64,000 bases of DNA from Escherichia coli (GTDB lineage: Bacteria > Pseudomonadota > Gammaproteobacteria > Enterobacterales > Enterobacteriaceae). A program made the translations under genes and the position numbers. Positions 23,721-33,577 of this stretch are shown here, piece by piece. The first letter of the stretch is position 1. Each line of letters begins with the position of its first letter. Where the stretch lies: assembly GCF_009931435.1 (NCBI RefSeq), contig NZ_CP043414.1, one strand, 5' to 3'. Below the pieces are notes generated by a model. That model was given only the letters and a program-made list of their open reading frames with translations, was not told the origin of the DNA and did not search any database.

Positions 23721-24875
23721 TTATGCCTGCCACGGATGAATGATTACGCCTTGCACCACGCGGTTAACGGTGCCGCTGGCTGATGGGGTATCCGGCGTAT
23801 TGCCCATATGCAGCGACTGCATCAGTGCAAACGTCTGGGCGTACATCAGGAAGCAAAATGCCTGCTCAACGTCGATAAAGTGACGTGACGGCGGCAGGAT
23901 GATATGTGGACCGGCGGTAATAACGTCGTTGCCTTCCGCGGCGATGGCGATTACGCGCATTGCCTGGTTGTCACGGCGGAGTTCTGCCAGCAGATCAAGA
24001 TCATACTGACGCGTATAGGGGTGGCTGGAGACAAACACCACCACCAGCGTTTCGTTATCGACCAGCGATTTCGGGCCATGACGGAATCCGGTCGGGGAAT
24101 CATAAAAGGCCGCCAGTTTACCCGCCGTCAGTTCCAGTACTTTCAGCGCCGACTCGCGTGCTGCGCCCTGTAAGCCACCGCTGCCGAGATAAACGATCCG
24201 TTTCCACGGTGCGTAACCAAACACACCTTCGCTGAAATCGCCCAGTGAGGTCAGGATCGCCTGGCAACGATCCGCTACGTCGCGGAAGGTCTGGCTATTG
24301 ATTGTCTCAGGTGCGAAAACCGCGAGGCAGCTGGCCATCATAGTGGTAATGCTGCTTGTCATTGCAAAGCCGCGATCGTGCGTTTCTGCGGGCATCAGCA
24401 GGGCAAACGCGTTGTCGCTGTTGATCGCGTTTTGGTAAAGAGCGCCCGCTTCGTTGCAGGTGATCGGCAGGTGATAGCATTCCGGTACAAACTGATTCGC
24501 CAGTTCCACGGCGGCGACGCTTTCCGGGCTGTTGCCAGATCGACCGAAGGAGATCAACAGCAGTGGATGAGCTGGATTCAGGTAGTCCATCGGATTAGTG
24601 ACCAGATCGGTGGTCGGTACGGCGCTGAAGTTTTTACCGGTATGGCTGGCGAGCCACGGCGCGATGATATCACCGATAAATGCCGAGGTTCCGGCTCCGG
24701 TCAGGATGATCCGCAGATTCTCTTTGCGCAGTAACGGTTCAAGGAAGTTATTGAGCGCGGAACGTAGCGCGTCGATGTTGGTGAGTGAACGGATCCATGC
24801 GCGAGGCTGATGGCGGATCTCTTCTTCAGTCCATGTGCCGGTGGTGGCGGCCGCTGGGGTGTAATTTTCTGGCAT
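23721..24875 (-). CDS. agaS: SIS-domain sugar-phosphate isomerase/deaminase AgaS
   Basis: 384 aa, two SIS domains; first gene of the agaS operon. Confidence 0.88.
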   Translation of the reverse strand: MPENYTPAAATTGTWTEEEIRHQPRAWIRSLTNIDALRSALNNFLEPLLRKENLRIILTGAGTSAFIGDIIAPWLASHTGKNFSAVPTTDLVTNPMDYLNPAHPLLLISFGRSGNSPESVAAVELANQFVPECYHLPITCNEAGALYQNAINSDNAFALLMPAETHDRGFAMTSSITTMMASCLAVFAPETINSQTFRDVADRCQAILTSLGDFSEGVFGYAPWKRIVYLGSGGLQGAARESALKVLELTAGKLAAFYDSPTGFRHGPKSLVDNETLVVVFVSSHPYTRQYDLDLLAELRRDNQAMRVIAIAAEGNDVITAGPHIILPPSRHFIDVEQAFCFLMYAQTFALMQSLHMGNTPDTPSASGTVNRVVQGVIIHPWQA

Positions 24876-24924
24876 AACTCAATCCTTAGTCTGATGAACT
24901 TGACTTCCGGCATTGCAGGCTTCG

Positions 24925-25050
24925 CTTGCCTTTCGTTTCATTTCACTTGGTGATTCGTTTCGTTGATTAAAATCTATAGAAAAGAAATCGAAAGTTCAAT
25001 GGAGAAAAAAGAAATAAAACGAAATTTGTGATCGTTGAAAGAAAAGACAA
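24925..25050. promoter_or_regulatory. agaS promoter region with clustered AgaR-operator-like TTTC/GAAA-rich motifs
   Basis: ctttcgtttcatttc, attcgtttcgttg, gaaatcgaaag, gaaataaaacgaaat seen upstream of agaS. Confidence 0.55.
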
Positions 25051-25084
25051 GGGAAGATTAAAGGATTGCGTGATAACGTCGCTA

Positions 25085-25150
25085 TGTGTACCGATTGCTG
25101 GAAGCGGCGTACCGTAGAGCGGATAAGACGCGCCAGCGTCGCATTCGACA
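25085..25150. repeat. REP-like palindromic element
   Basis: gcggataagacgcgccagcgtcgcat unit between agaS promoter and agaA 3' end. Confidence 0.5.
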
Positions 25151-25225
25151 CCACTGCACAGATTAAAACGAAAGAAAAAGAAAGGCCTTACGGGGGAAGT
25201 GAAGGCCCAATAAAGGAGCAAACCA

Positions 25226-26359
25226 TCAAAACGAAGCTAATTGACCCTGAATCCAGATTTGTTGCACATGCAGTCCGCTATTCAGCGCAACGACGCTGGC
25301 GCGTTTGCCCGGTTTAAGTGATCCCAGAACACCATCAACACCCAGCATACGCGCCGGATGCAGCGATGCCATATGGATGGCTTCCGCAGGCGTTACGCCC
25401 GTCAACTCGACCATGTTGCGCACTGCCGCATCGACAGACAGCGTACTGCCCGCCAGCCCACCGGACGCGGTACGGACAACGCCACCGTGCATCTGCACTT
25501 CTTCACCACATAACGTATAGCGACCATCCGGCATCCCGGCTGCCTGCATCGCGTCGGTGATGAGCACGATTCTCTCTTTCGCACAGCAACAACACAGCGA
25601 CATCGCCGCCGGATGAACATGATGCCCATCGGCTATCAGTTCCAGCCAGGCGCGCTTGTCCGTTAAACCCGCGCCAACCATTCCCGGTTCGCGGTGATGT
25701 AATCCTGTCATCCCGTTATAGCAATGCACCAGGCCGTCTGCGCCAGCATCAAATGCGGCGCGGGTTTGTTGCCAGGTTGCTGCGCTATGTCCCAGCATTA
25801 CCCGCACGTTCTGCTGTTTAAGATGACGAATGGCTTGTAACGCGCCCGTTTTTTCCGGTGCCAGCGCCACCACGCGCAAGGTATGCCGTGAAACAGCAAT
25901 CAATTGATCCAGCTCGGCAATTTCCAGCTCGCGAAACAGCTCCGGCGGATGTGCGCCTTTATTCTGCGGCGTGAAGTACGGCCCTTCGAGATAACTCCCC
26001 AGCACTTGCGCACCAGGTCCACCGCGCTGGCAGCGTAGCGCAATACGTTCCAGCGCCGCATGAATGGTATTAAGCGGCGCGGTTACGGTAGTCGGCAACC
26101 AACTGCCGACACCTTCCCGTGCCTTGTGCATTGCCAGCTTGTCGAGCGCATCCGGCGCGTCATCCATAACATCAACGCCCGCACCACCGTGTACATGGGT
26201 ATCGATATAAGCGGGGCAGAGCAGTTCCGCATCGCGTTCAGTCACGCCCACTGGAATCGGTTCGATTGCTGCGATTACACCGTCAGCAATACACAACTGA
26301 TGGTCATCGAGCCATCCCTCTTCAGTCAGCAGCCTTCTGGCGCGCAGAACGTGTGTCAT
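25226..26359 (-). CDS. agaA: N-acetylgalactosamine-6-phosphate deacetylase (NagA family), apparently full length
   Basis: ORF 25226..26380; start set at MTHVLRARRLL so that ATG overlaps agaF stop (ATGA); metal-binding H-x-H near N-terminus. Confidence 0.85.
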   Translation of the reverse strand: MTHVLRARRLLTEEGWLDDHQLCIADGVIAAIEPIPVGVTERDAELLCPAYIDTHVHGGAGVDVMDDAPDALDKLAMHKAREGVGSWLPTTVTAPLNTIHAALERIALRCQRGGPGAQVLGSYLEGPYFTPQNKGAHPPELFRELEIAELDQLIAVSRHTLRVVALAPEKTGALQAIRHLKQQNVRVMLGHSAATWQQTRAAFDAGADGLVHCYNGMTGLHHREPGMVGAGLTDKRAWLELIADGHHVHPAAMSLCCCCAKERIVLITDAMQAAGMPDGRYTLCGEEVQMHGGVVRTASGGLAGSTLSVDAAVRNMVELTGVTPAEAIHMASLHPARMLGVDGVLGSLKPGKRASVVALNSGLHVQQIWIQGQLASF

Positions 26360-26790
26360 ATTCCTTCCTCGACCGGACATTCTTCATGGCAGCGGCCTAA
26401 CTCGTCTACCAGACTGGTCAGCCCACGGTGTCCACACTCCAGCGCCTGCACACGGAATTCTTCACCGCTTAACCCTTCGCGCTCCAGCACCATTTCCAGT
26501 AACAGTTGCAAATTGGTGCCGGTGATCACTTCATAGCCCGGTTTTTGCATCGCCAGCGTTGAAGCCACGCGAAACGGTGTGCCGCCCAGCAAATCTGTCA
26601 GAAAAACAATGCCGTCTTCACAATCCAGTTTGGCAATGGCTTCTTCAAGCTGCGATGTAAGCAGCGCAGTGCTTGAGGTTTCCGGAAAATCAATGGCGAT
26701 AAACTGCGACTGCTCGCCGAGGATTTGCTTCATTGCTTTTTCCATGCCGCTGGCAAATCCGCCATGCCCTGTCAAAATAATACTTAACAT
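26356..26790 (-). CDS. agaF: PTS mannose-family EIIA component
   Basis: 144 aa; MLSIILTGHGGFASG... Confidence 0.85.
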   Translation of the reverse strand: MLSIILTGHGGFASGMEKAMKQILGEQSQFIAIDFPETSSTALLTSQLEEAIAKLDCEDGIVFLTDLLGGTPFRVASTLAMQKPGYEVITGTNLQLLLEMVLEREGLSGEEFRVQALECGHRGLTSLVDELGRCHEECPVEEGI

Positions 26791-26807
26791 CTAATACCTC
26801 ATTGTAT

Positions 26808-27692
26808 TTAAAGGAAATGACAGAATTTACCGACGATGCCAAGAACCACGGTAACCGCAATCAGGCGCAGCGGACTCCAGCCGCGGCGTACCAGCCAGAA
26901 CATGGTCAGGGTGTAGACCAGCGGTAAGAAGGCAGGCATCAGTTTGTCGATAACGTCAGCCTGCAGCTTAACCACTGCATCGCCCGCCGTGATTTCCAGC
27001 GTGGTGCTTAAACGAACATAGGTTGCCACCAGCGCGCCGATCACCGTCATCCCAACGATAGACGCTGCATGGCCGACTTTTTTGGTATTCGCTTTAATGA
27101 GTGGGATCGCCGCCACGCCCATGCGGTAAGCATAATGCGCCAGACCAAAACGCAGCCCCAGGTGTACCACGTTAAACAGCACAATAAACACGACTGCGCC
27201 AAGAATAGAGCCTTGCAATGCCAGACTGGCACCAATCCCGCCACAAATCGGCAGTAACGTTAGCCAGAACATGGCATCGCCAATCCCACCGAGCGGCGCA
27301 CCGACGGCAATTTTGGTGCTCTGAATACTGTTAACGTCCTGCTTAGAACGCTCCATCGCGAGGATAATGCCAATAACAAACGTCACCAGAAACGGATGGG
27401 TATTGAAGAAACCCATATGCCCCTTCATGGCGCGCGCCAGGTCGCGTTTATTAGTGTGGATCTTTTTCAGAGCAGGCAGCAGACCGTACAACCAGCCGGA
27501 AGCCTGCATACGTTCGTAGTTAAAAGACGCTTGTAACAGCATGGAACGCCAGGCGACGCGGTTGATATCTTTTTTTGTTAGCTCCGCGCCAATGCTCTGA
27601 TCTTCATACACGTTTTCATTGACGCCTGTCAGTAGTGTTTCTTCGTTTTCACTGACGTTCGGCAGGGTAGTTTGATTAGATGCCATCTTCAA
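26808..27692 (-). CDS. agaE: PTS mannose-family EIID component (N-acetylgalactosamine-specific)
   Basis: 294-aa membrane ORF, paralogous to agaD. Confidence 0.85.
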   Translation of the reverse strand: MKMASNQTTLPNVSENEETLLTGVNENVYEDQSIGAELTKKDINRVAWRSMLLQASFNYERMQASGWLYGLLPALKKIHTNKRDLARAMKGHMGFFNTHPFLVTFVIGIILAMERSKQDVNSIQSTKIAVGAPLGGIGDAMFWLTLLPICGGIGASLALQGSILGAVVFIVLFNVVHLGLRFGLAHYAYRMGVAAIPLIKANTKKVGHAASIVGMTVIGALVATYVRLSTTLEITAGDAVVKLQADVIDKLMPAFLPLVYTLTMFWLVRRGWSPLRLIAVTVVLGIVGKFCHFL

Positions 27693-28455
27693 ATTCCTCT
27701 TTCTGTGCCGCAGGTTGAGTCGGTTCAGGAGATTTACGCAGCAGGTCGATCAGCGCCATCGCCAGCGCGGCGGCAGCAATAGCCAGCACCGGTAACTTGA
27801 GCCAGGCGGCGGCAACGAAGCCCAGGATGAAGTAGGGGATATAGACGTTTTTCATCATGATTTTCAGCAGCACGGCAAAACCGATTGCTGGCATGATGCC
27901 GCCCGCGACGCCAAGGCCGTCGATTAACCGTTGCGGCAGGACATCAATGATGGTTTTTGCATGCTCCGCGCCGAAGTAGATAGGCAGGAAAGCGCAGAGA
28001 AAATAGAACGTGCCGAGTGCCAGCAATGCCAGATAGTTCACGCGTTCAATGCCGCGAGTATCGGCGTTCTCCGCCATCCGGTCGCAGCGGGACATCACGC
28101 CAGACATCACCGAGAACAGGAAGGTAATCCCCATCTGTACTGCGACAGCGAAAGGTACGGCGACACCGACCGCGACATCCGGTTTCACGCCAGTAGTAAT
28201 GGCAAACGCCGTGCCGACGATAGTTCCGATAATCACGTTAGGCGGCTGTGCGCCCGCCAGCGGTGCCAGCCCCATCCACACCAGTTCCAGCGTACCGCCG
28301 GTTAAAATACCGGTATGCAGATCGCCAAGCACCAACCCAACTAACGGGCCGAGGACCACCGGGCGGTGCATATGGGTTAGGCCGTTAAACATATCCAGGC
28401 CAGCGATAAAGGCGATAATGCCCAACGCAAATGCCTGCAACAGACTGATTTCCAT
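27676..28455 (-). CDS. agaW: PTS mannose-family EIIC component (N-acetylgalactosamine-specific), full length
   Basis: 259-aa membrane ORF, paralogous to agaC. Confidence 0.85.
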   Translation of the reverse strand: MEISLLQAFALGIIAFIAGLDMFNGLTHMHRPVVLGPLVGLVLGDLHTGILTGGTLELVWMGLAPLAGAQPPNVIIGTIVGTAFAITTGVKPDVAVGVAVPFAVAVQMGITFLFSVMSGVMSRCDRMAENADTRGIERVNYLALLALGTFYFLCAFLPIYFGAEHAKTIIDVLPQRLIDGLGVAGGIMPAIGFAVLLKIMMKNVYIPYFILGFVAAAWLKLPVLAIAAAALAMALIDLLRKSPEPTQPAAQKEEFEDGI

Positions 28456-28465
28456 GATGAATCCC

Positions 28466-28939
28466 TCAAAGTAATTTAAAGAGGTCCACAGCAGGCTCTG
28501 TCGGGACGCCCTGAACGAAGCATTCCACCCCAGCGGCTTTCAGGTCGTTAAATGCTGCGATATCGCCCGCATCCACAGAAACCGTTTTGGCGATTTGTTG
28601 CTTGCCATTGGCGTAGTGCATATTGCCAACGTTAATGCGATTCACCGGAACGCCACCTTTCACCAGCGTCAGGAAATCGGCAGGTGTTTTACAAACCAGC
28701 AGGATTTTCTGTCGATCGGCGGCGCGATGAATGTTGTCGATCACTTTTTGCAGCGTCCAGAAACGTACGGCGATCCCTTCTGCCAGCACCATTTCCATCA
28801 GGTTTTGTTGTACCGGATCTTCGGCAACCTCATCATTGGCTACCAGCACCAGATTTGCCCCCGCAAATCCGACCCACTGAACGCCGACCTGACCGTGAAT
28901 CAAGCGTTCATCAATCCGGCTTAAAACAATATTTGGCAT
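28466..28939 (-). CDS. agaV: PTS mannose-family EIIB component (N-acetylgalactosamine-specific), 157 aa
   Basis: ORF 28466..28975; start set at MPNIVLSRIDERLIHGQ. Confidence 0.85.
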   Translation of the reverse strand: MPNIVLSRIDERLIHGQVGVQWVGFAGANLVLVANDEVAEDPVQQNLMEMVLAEGIAVRFWTLQKVIDNIHRAADRQKILLVCKTPADFLTLVKGGVPVNRINVGNMHYANGKQQIAKTVSVDAGDIAAFNDLKAAGVECFVQGVPTEPAVDLFKLL

Positions 28940-28961
28940 AGCGTGTTCCTCTTTGTTTTGC

Positions 28962-30242
28962 TTATTGGCCTTCACAGGCTGTGTGGTACTGCGCCAGGAT
29001 GTCCTGAATATGGTTGATAATGAGTTCCCGTGGCGTTGGCTGCAGCTCGCCGGAGCGAACTTTCACGTATTGCAGCGGCAGGTACTGACTGATGAGCGGC
29101 AGCGGAATTGGCGCATCCGCCAGGTTACGAACCAGATGAGCGAAAGCGTCATCAATCTGGCTGTCCGGCCAGTAATAGCGCACGCGATCCGAGTAGCTAT
29201 AACCACGCGCCAGACGACGCGCGTTGCCGTCACCGTGGTAGTGGCTTTGCCAGTATTCCGGGCGGTCGAGCATCACGTTTTCCAGCACCTGACGCAGACC
29301 GGAACAGGCTTTTGCTGGCACCAGTTCTTCTTCAATCGCCGCCAGAGAGAACAGAGCTTCACGCAGGGCGAAGGTCAGCGCTGGGCCAACTTTCAGAATG
29401 GCAAAGTGGTCAATCACCAGCTGGCGCAGCGATTGCGGCGTTTGGTAATCGGTAGAGTGCGCTTCGAAAATCAGCGTTTCGTAGTTTTCGACCATCTGGC
29501 TTAAGGCGGTCGCTTTAGCTGGCTGATAATCAATAACGTTGGTGTGATCGAATTCGACGCCGGGTTGTACCACCAGAGCAATGATGCGTGGCCAGATGGC
29601 ATTCAGACCTTGCTTTTCAAAGGCGTGACGATGGGCTTCCAGCGTGGCGCGGGCGGCATCCGGCGTAGTGACCGCCAGCTCGCTTAAGGTTTCATGCGCG
29701 CCGCCAGGTACCGGCACTTCGGTACCAATGACATACACCAGATCGGCTTCGCCAAAGTGTTCACGGCAGGTTTCTTCCGCGACTTTAGCCAGTCGGGCGG
29801 CGCGTTCAGCCACGATGTCATCGGTTAAGGGAACCGGATCGTCCTGACAGGACATGCTGCAATCAAGGTGAATTTTTTTGAATCCTGCCGCCACGTAGCT
29901 TTTAATCAAATCATCGGCATTGGCCATCGCCTGAGCTGCAGGCAGGTTTTGCCAGCGGTTTGGCCCCAGATGATCGCCACCCAGAATCAACGCGTCTTGT
30001 GGGAAATTCAATGAGTCGGCGAGCTGACAAACAAAGCCGCGAAAATCGGCGGGTGTCATTCCGGTATAACCACCGAACTGGTCCACCTGATTGGATGTCG
30101 CTTCAATCAGTAACGGTGTTTGGTTTACACTGGCGTAGCGGATTGCAGCTTCCAGCACCAGCGGGTGTGCGGAACAAACGGCATAAATCCCATTTGTTTT
30201 GCCCTCTTTGTGCTGCCTCACCATTTCTGTCAGATGTTTCAC
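28962..30242 (-). CDS. kbaZ: tagatose-bisphosphate aldolase non-catalytic subunit KbaZ (426 aa, GTG start)
   Basis: ORF 28962..30308; start set at in-frame GTG ([10 protein letters not shown]...); the longer ATG-initiated form would run into the operator region. Confidence 0.8.
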   Translation of the reverse strand: MKHLTEMVRQHKEGKTNGIYAVCSAHPLVLEAAIRYASVNQTPLLIEATSNQVDQFGGYTGMTPADFRGFVCQLADSLNFPQDALILGGDHLGPNRWQNLPAAQAMANADDLIKSYVAAGFKKIHLDCSMSCQDDPVPLTDDIVAERAARLAKVAEETCREHFGEADLVYVIGTEVPVPGGAHETLSELAVTTPDAARATLEAHRHAFEKQGLNAIWPRIIALVVQPGVEFDHTNVIDYQPAKATALSQMVENYETLIFEAHSTDYQTPQSLRQLVIDHFAILKVGPALTFALREALFSLAAIEEELVPAKACSGLRQVLENVMLDRPEYWQSHYHGDGNARRLARGYSYSDRVRYYWPDSQIDDAFAHLVRNLADAPIPLPLISQYLPLQYVKVRSGELQPTPRELIINHIQDILAQYHTACEGQ

Positions 30243-30314
30243 TTTCCTCTCCAGTTCAGATTGCTGCGATATTAATCTTTCGTTTTGTTTCAGTTGATAC
30301 TGCGTCATGGTGAG

Positions 30315-30478
30315 ATAAAAATAAAACGAAAGATAATAGTTTTCTGATCTGATTCACAAAAGAAACATAATGAAAGTCACTGAAACGAGAGTAGCTTGCG
30401 TCAATGGGCAAGGTGGGCTTGCATTTGCTCAATAGAAAGGCGTAAATAGGCAAAACGAAATGAAACGAAAGTTTTACG
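30315..30478. promoter_or_regulatory. divergent kbaZ / agaR promoter region with AgaR operator-like motifs
   Basis: aaataaaacgaaag and aacgaaatgaaacgaaag motifs in the intergenic gap. Confidence 0.6.
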
Positions 30479-30490
30479 AAAGGACTTACT

Positions 30491-31300
30491 ATGAGTAATA
30501 CCGACGCTTCAGGCGAGAAGCGAGTGACAGGCACCAGCGAGCGACGAGAACAAATCATTCAGCGCCTGCGACAGCAAGGGAGTGTGCAGGTTAACGATCT
30601 GTCGGCATTGTATGGCGTATCTACTGTGACGATCCGCAACGATCTGGCTTTTCTGGAAAAGCAGGGGATCGCTGTGCGGGCCTATGGCGGCGCGTTGATC
30701 TGCGATAGCACGACGCCGTCAGTCGAGCCATCAGTGGAAGATAAAAGCGCGCTGAACACTGCGATGAAACGCAGCGTTGCGAAAGCTGCCGTTGAGTTGA
30801 TTCAGCCAGGTCATCGGGTGATCCTCGATTCCGGGACCACCACGTTTGAGATTGCTCGTCTGATGCGCAAGCACACCGACGTAATTGCGATGACCAATGG
30901 TATGAACGTAGCCAATGCACTGCTGGAAGCAGAAGGCGTTGAACTTCTTATGACCGGCGGGCATCTGCGGCGTCAGTCGCAATCTTTTTACGGCGATCAG
31001 GCTGAACAATCGCTACAAAATTACCACTTTGATATGCTTTTTCTCGGCGTAGATGCGATCGATCTGGAGCGCGGCGTCAGCACGCATAATGAAGATGAAG
31101 CCCGTTTAAACCGTCGGATGTGCGAAGTTGCGGAACGGATCATTGTGGTCACCGATTCCAGTAAGTTCAACCGTTCCAGTTTACATAAGATCATTGATAC
31201 TCAACGTATCGACATGATCATTGTTGATGAAGGCATTCCTGCGGATAGTCTGGAAGGCCTGCGAAAGGCTGGGGTTGAAGTGATTCTGGTCGGGGAGTGA
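30491..31300 (+). CDS. agaR: DeoR-family transcriptional repressor of the aga operons
   Basis: 269 aa; N-terminal HTH (…[17 protein letters not shown]…) and DeoR sugar-phosphate-binding C-domain. Confidence 0.9.
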
Positions 31301-31589
31301 GAAATGGCGCCCGTAGCTCAACACGGATGTGTTCGGCGGGCATTGTTCACTGACCTTTTACAGCCTGTTTTCTGCTCAAATTAGAAACTTCAGCAAAGGT
31401 AATGCAAATGCATTATTAACAGCAGAAAGCGCCAGAACCAACGAAAAAAGAGAGCATGTTTCCCATTTTGCGAGGCGCTTTCCAAATCACCCGCTCAGTC
31501 CCCTCGCGTTGCAGTGCTAAAAGCACTATTTTGCAAATTTGTGACCTTCTTCACTCTCCCAAAAGGCGGTGATCTCACGGTGGGGATCC

Positions 31590-31815
31590 ACTTTCTGCTT
31601 TCGCTTTTCTGCCGTTAGCACTCGCTATTTCGGCATCTCTTCTTTTCACTTTTTCAGTTTGTCATTTTCATTTGCGGTCAACCGAAAGTTCTGGAGTCGA
31701 TTTTTCCAGGTTTCAACGCCGTTGTCGCGTTCACAAATTCACTTCTTTTCTTCTGATGTAATGCATTCAAAAGAAAATGAAAGCTGCAAAATGCAAGAAT
31801 GCAACGAAATACTTT
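31590..31815. promoter_or_regulatory. long leader of the second DeoR gene, rich in TTTC/GAAA repeats (candidate operator array)
   Basis: ctttctgctttcgcttttctgcc, tcttttcactttttcagtttgtcattttcatttgcgg, gaaaatgaaagctg; motif class resembles the aga operators. Confidence 0.4.
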
Positions 31816-31832
31816 TTCAGGGAGCGATAAAC

Positions 31833-32603
31833 ATGCTAGATAGCCTAAGACGCCGCGAACAAATCATTGATTTGTTATGTGCCCAGGGAAGCGTACGCGT
31901 TGAGCCGCTCAGCATCCATTTTGGTGTCTCATCGGTCACGATCCGCAATGACTTACGGTATCTGGAGCAAAAAGGTTGCGTCATGCGTTCCTATGGCGGT
32001 GCCGTGTTGAATCAACACTTTGCGCTCGACAGACCCTTGCAGGATAAAGATCGCCTTAATCGTGATGTTAAAGTGCGAATTGCCGAAAAAGCGGCCAGTT
32101 TTGTCAAAGATGGCGATACATTAATTATCGATTCTGGTTCAACGACCACGCTAATTCCCGCTTCGCTCAAAGGGCGTCGGGATTTAGTCGTCATGACGAA
32201 TGCCTTGAATATCGCCTGGGAAATGGCCAGTTTTGAACGGGTGGATGTTATGATCCTTGGTGGAAATGTTCGCCAGAGCGTCTACTCCCTGTATGGGCCT
32301 TCGGCAGAACAACAACTCCGGCAGTATCGCTTTGATAAGCTGTTTTTGGGCGTGGACGGCTTTTGCCTTGAAGCAGGGATTACCACACCACATCCGGGTG
32401 AGGCACATCTGAACCAGGTGATGTGCCAGGTTGCGCAGGAAATTACTGTTGTCGCGGACTCCAGTAAATTTGGCCGCAAAAGCTTCTGTATGATCGGTGA
32501 AGTGAGCGAGATAGATCGACTGATTACCGATAGCGGTATTCCGGAGAATTACAAAGCAGCATTAACGCAAATGGGTGTGGAAGTTGTGATTGCTGATGAG
32601 TGA
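31833..32603 (+). CDS. DeoR-family transcriptional regulator, AgaR paralogue (256 aa)
   Basis: ORF 31569..32603; start set at MLDSLRRREQIIDLL preceded by GGAG; alignable by eye with AgaR along its length (…VTIRNDL..LE.KG…YGGA…DSG.TT…FLGVD…). Confidence 0.8.
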   Translation: MLDSLRRREQIIDLLCAQGSVRVEPLSIHFGVSSVTIRNDLRYLEQKGCVMRSYGGAVLNQHFALDRPLQDKDRLNRDVKVRIAEKAASFVKDGDTLIIDSGSTTTLIPASLKGRRDLVVMTNALNIAWEMASFERVDVMILGGNVRQSVYSLYGPSAEQQLRQYRFDKLFLGVDGFCLEAGITTPHPGEAHLNQVMCQVAQEITVVADSSKFGRKSFCMIGEVSEIDRLITDSGIPENYKAALTQMGVEVVIADE

Positions 32604-32604
32604 G

Positions 32605-32642
32605 AAAATGTGGCTGGAGATAAACGTCGCCAGCCACATTAC
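32605..32642. terminator. bidirectional hairpin terminator between convergent DeoR gene and ROK kinase gene
   Basis: aatgtggctgg...ccagccacatt inverted repeat. Confidence 0.6.
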
Positions 32643-32647
32643 GTTAT

Positions 32648-33559
32648 TCAGGTTGCAAGTTCGATTTGCAGCAACGCCGCGCCTCGTACACCGCTCGTTG
32701 CTCCGTGAATCGCAGAAAATACGCGCGCAGGTTCCAGTCCAGGAAGAAGATAACGCGTCATAGCTTTCGGCAATAACGTGTAAATTTCTTTGAAGTTAGA
32801 CACACCGCCGCCAAGAACAAATGCATCTACGTCGAGAATATGCTGCAACTGTGCCAGCGTACAACCAACCATATCTATCCAGGCGCTAATGGTGGTGATG
32901 GCACTGGGAACGCCACGTTGATGATTTTCTAACAATGTCTCCATAGTGATTTGCTCACCGCTGAAATGCTTATGTAACCAGAGCAAGCCAGGACCGGACT
33001 GGTAGCGTTCCAGGCACCCTTGCAAACCGCAGCCGCATTGTAATTCAGGCAGGTTATAGCGCCGCGTAAATGTCGCCGGGAGCGGTAAATGGCCAAACTC
33101 GCAGGCCATACGGTTACGGCCACGGTACAACTGGCCATCAATAACTAATCCCCCGCCCATACCCGTGCCGATAATCGCGCCAAAGATCCGACTATATTGA
33201 CGAGCTTGATCGGTATGCGCTTCTGATAGGGCGAAGCAGCAGCAGTCATTATCCATTATTACCGGGCGGTTAAGGCGATTTGCCAGATCGGTTAACACCT
33301 GGCGTCCGGTCAGGCAGGGAACGTTAGAAGACAACAGTTTACCGGTGTGCCGATCCATAACGCCGGGCATCCCGATACCTATTTTGCCTTGCGTACCCGT
33401 GGCCCAGTCAGCGGTATCAATCAGAGACACAAATGTGGATAGAAAAAGCGCGTAATCCTGAACAGGCGTAGCTACCCGCTTGCGCCAGCAAATTTGTAAA
33501 TCCTGATCAAAGGCGACTATCTCTGTTTTGGTTCCACCAATATCAACACCGTAAAACAT
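32648..33559 (-). CDS. ROK-family sugar kinase (NagK-like N-acetylhexosamine kinase candidate), 303 aa
   Basis: N-terminal GVDIGGTK ATP motif; ROK zinc motif CGCGLQGCLERY; same length as the NagK family. Confidence 0.8.
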   Translation of the reverse strand: MFYGVDIGGTKTEIVAFDQDLQICWRKRVATPVQDYALFLSTFVSLIDTADWATGTQGKIGIGMPGVMDRHTGKLLSSNVPCLTGRQVLTDLANRLNRPVIMDNDCCCFALSEAHTDQARQYSRIFGAIIGTGMGGGLVIDGQLYRGRNRMACEFGHLPLPATFTRRYNLPELQCGCGLQGCLERYQSGPGLLWLHKHFSGEQITMETLLENHQRGVPSAITTISAWIDMVGCTLAQLQHILDVDAFVLGGGVSNFKEIYTLLPKAMTRYLLPGLEPARVFSAIHGATSGVRGAALLQIELAT

Positions 33560-33577
33560 CGCTCATCTCCTTTGGTT

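Noticed and set aside
31569-31832. N-terminal extension of the second DeoR regulator (ORF track start 31569)
   Set aside because: Extension is low-complexity (F/S-rich), overlaps the TTTC-repeat operator-like region and lacks an RBS; the DeoR HTH domain begins at the Met at 31833 which has a GGAG upstream
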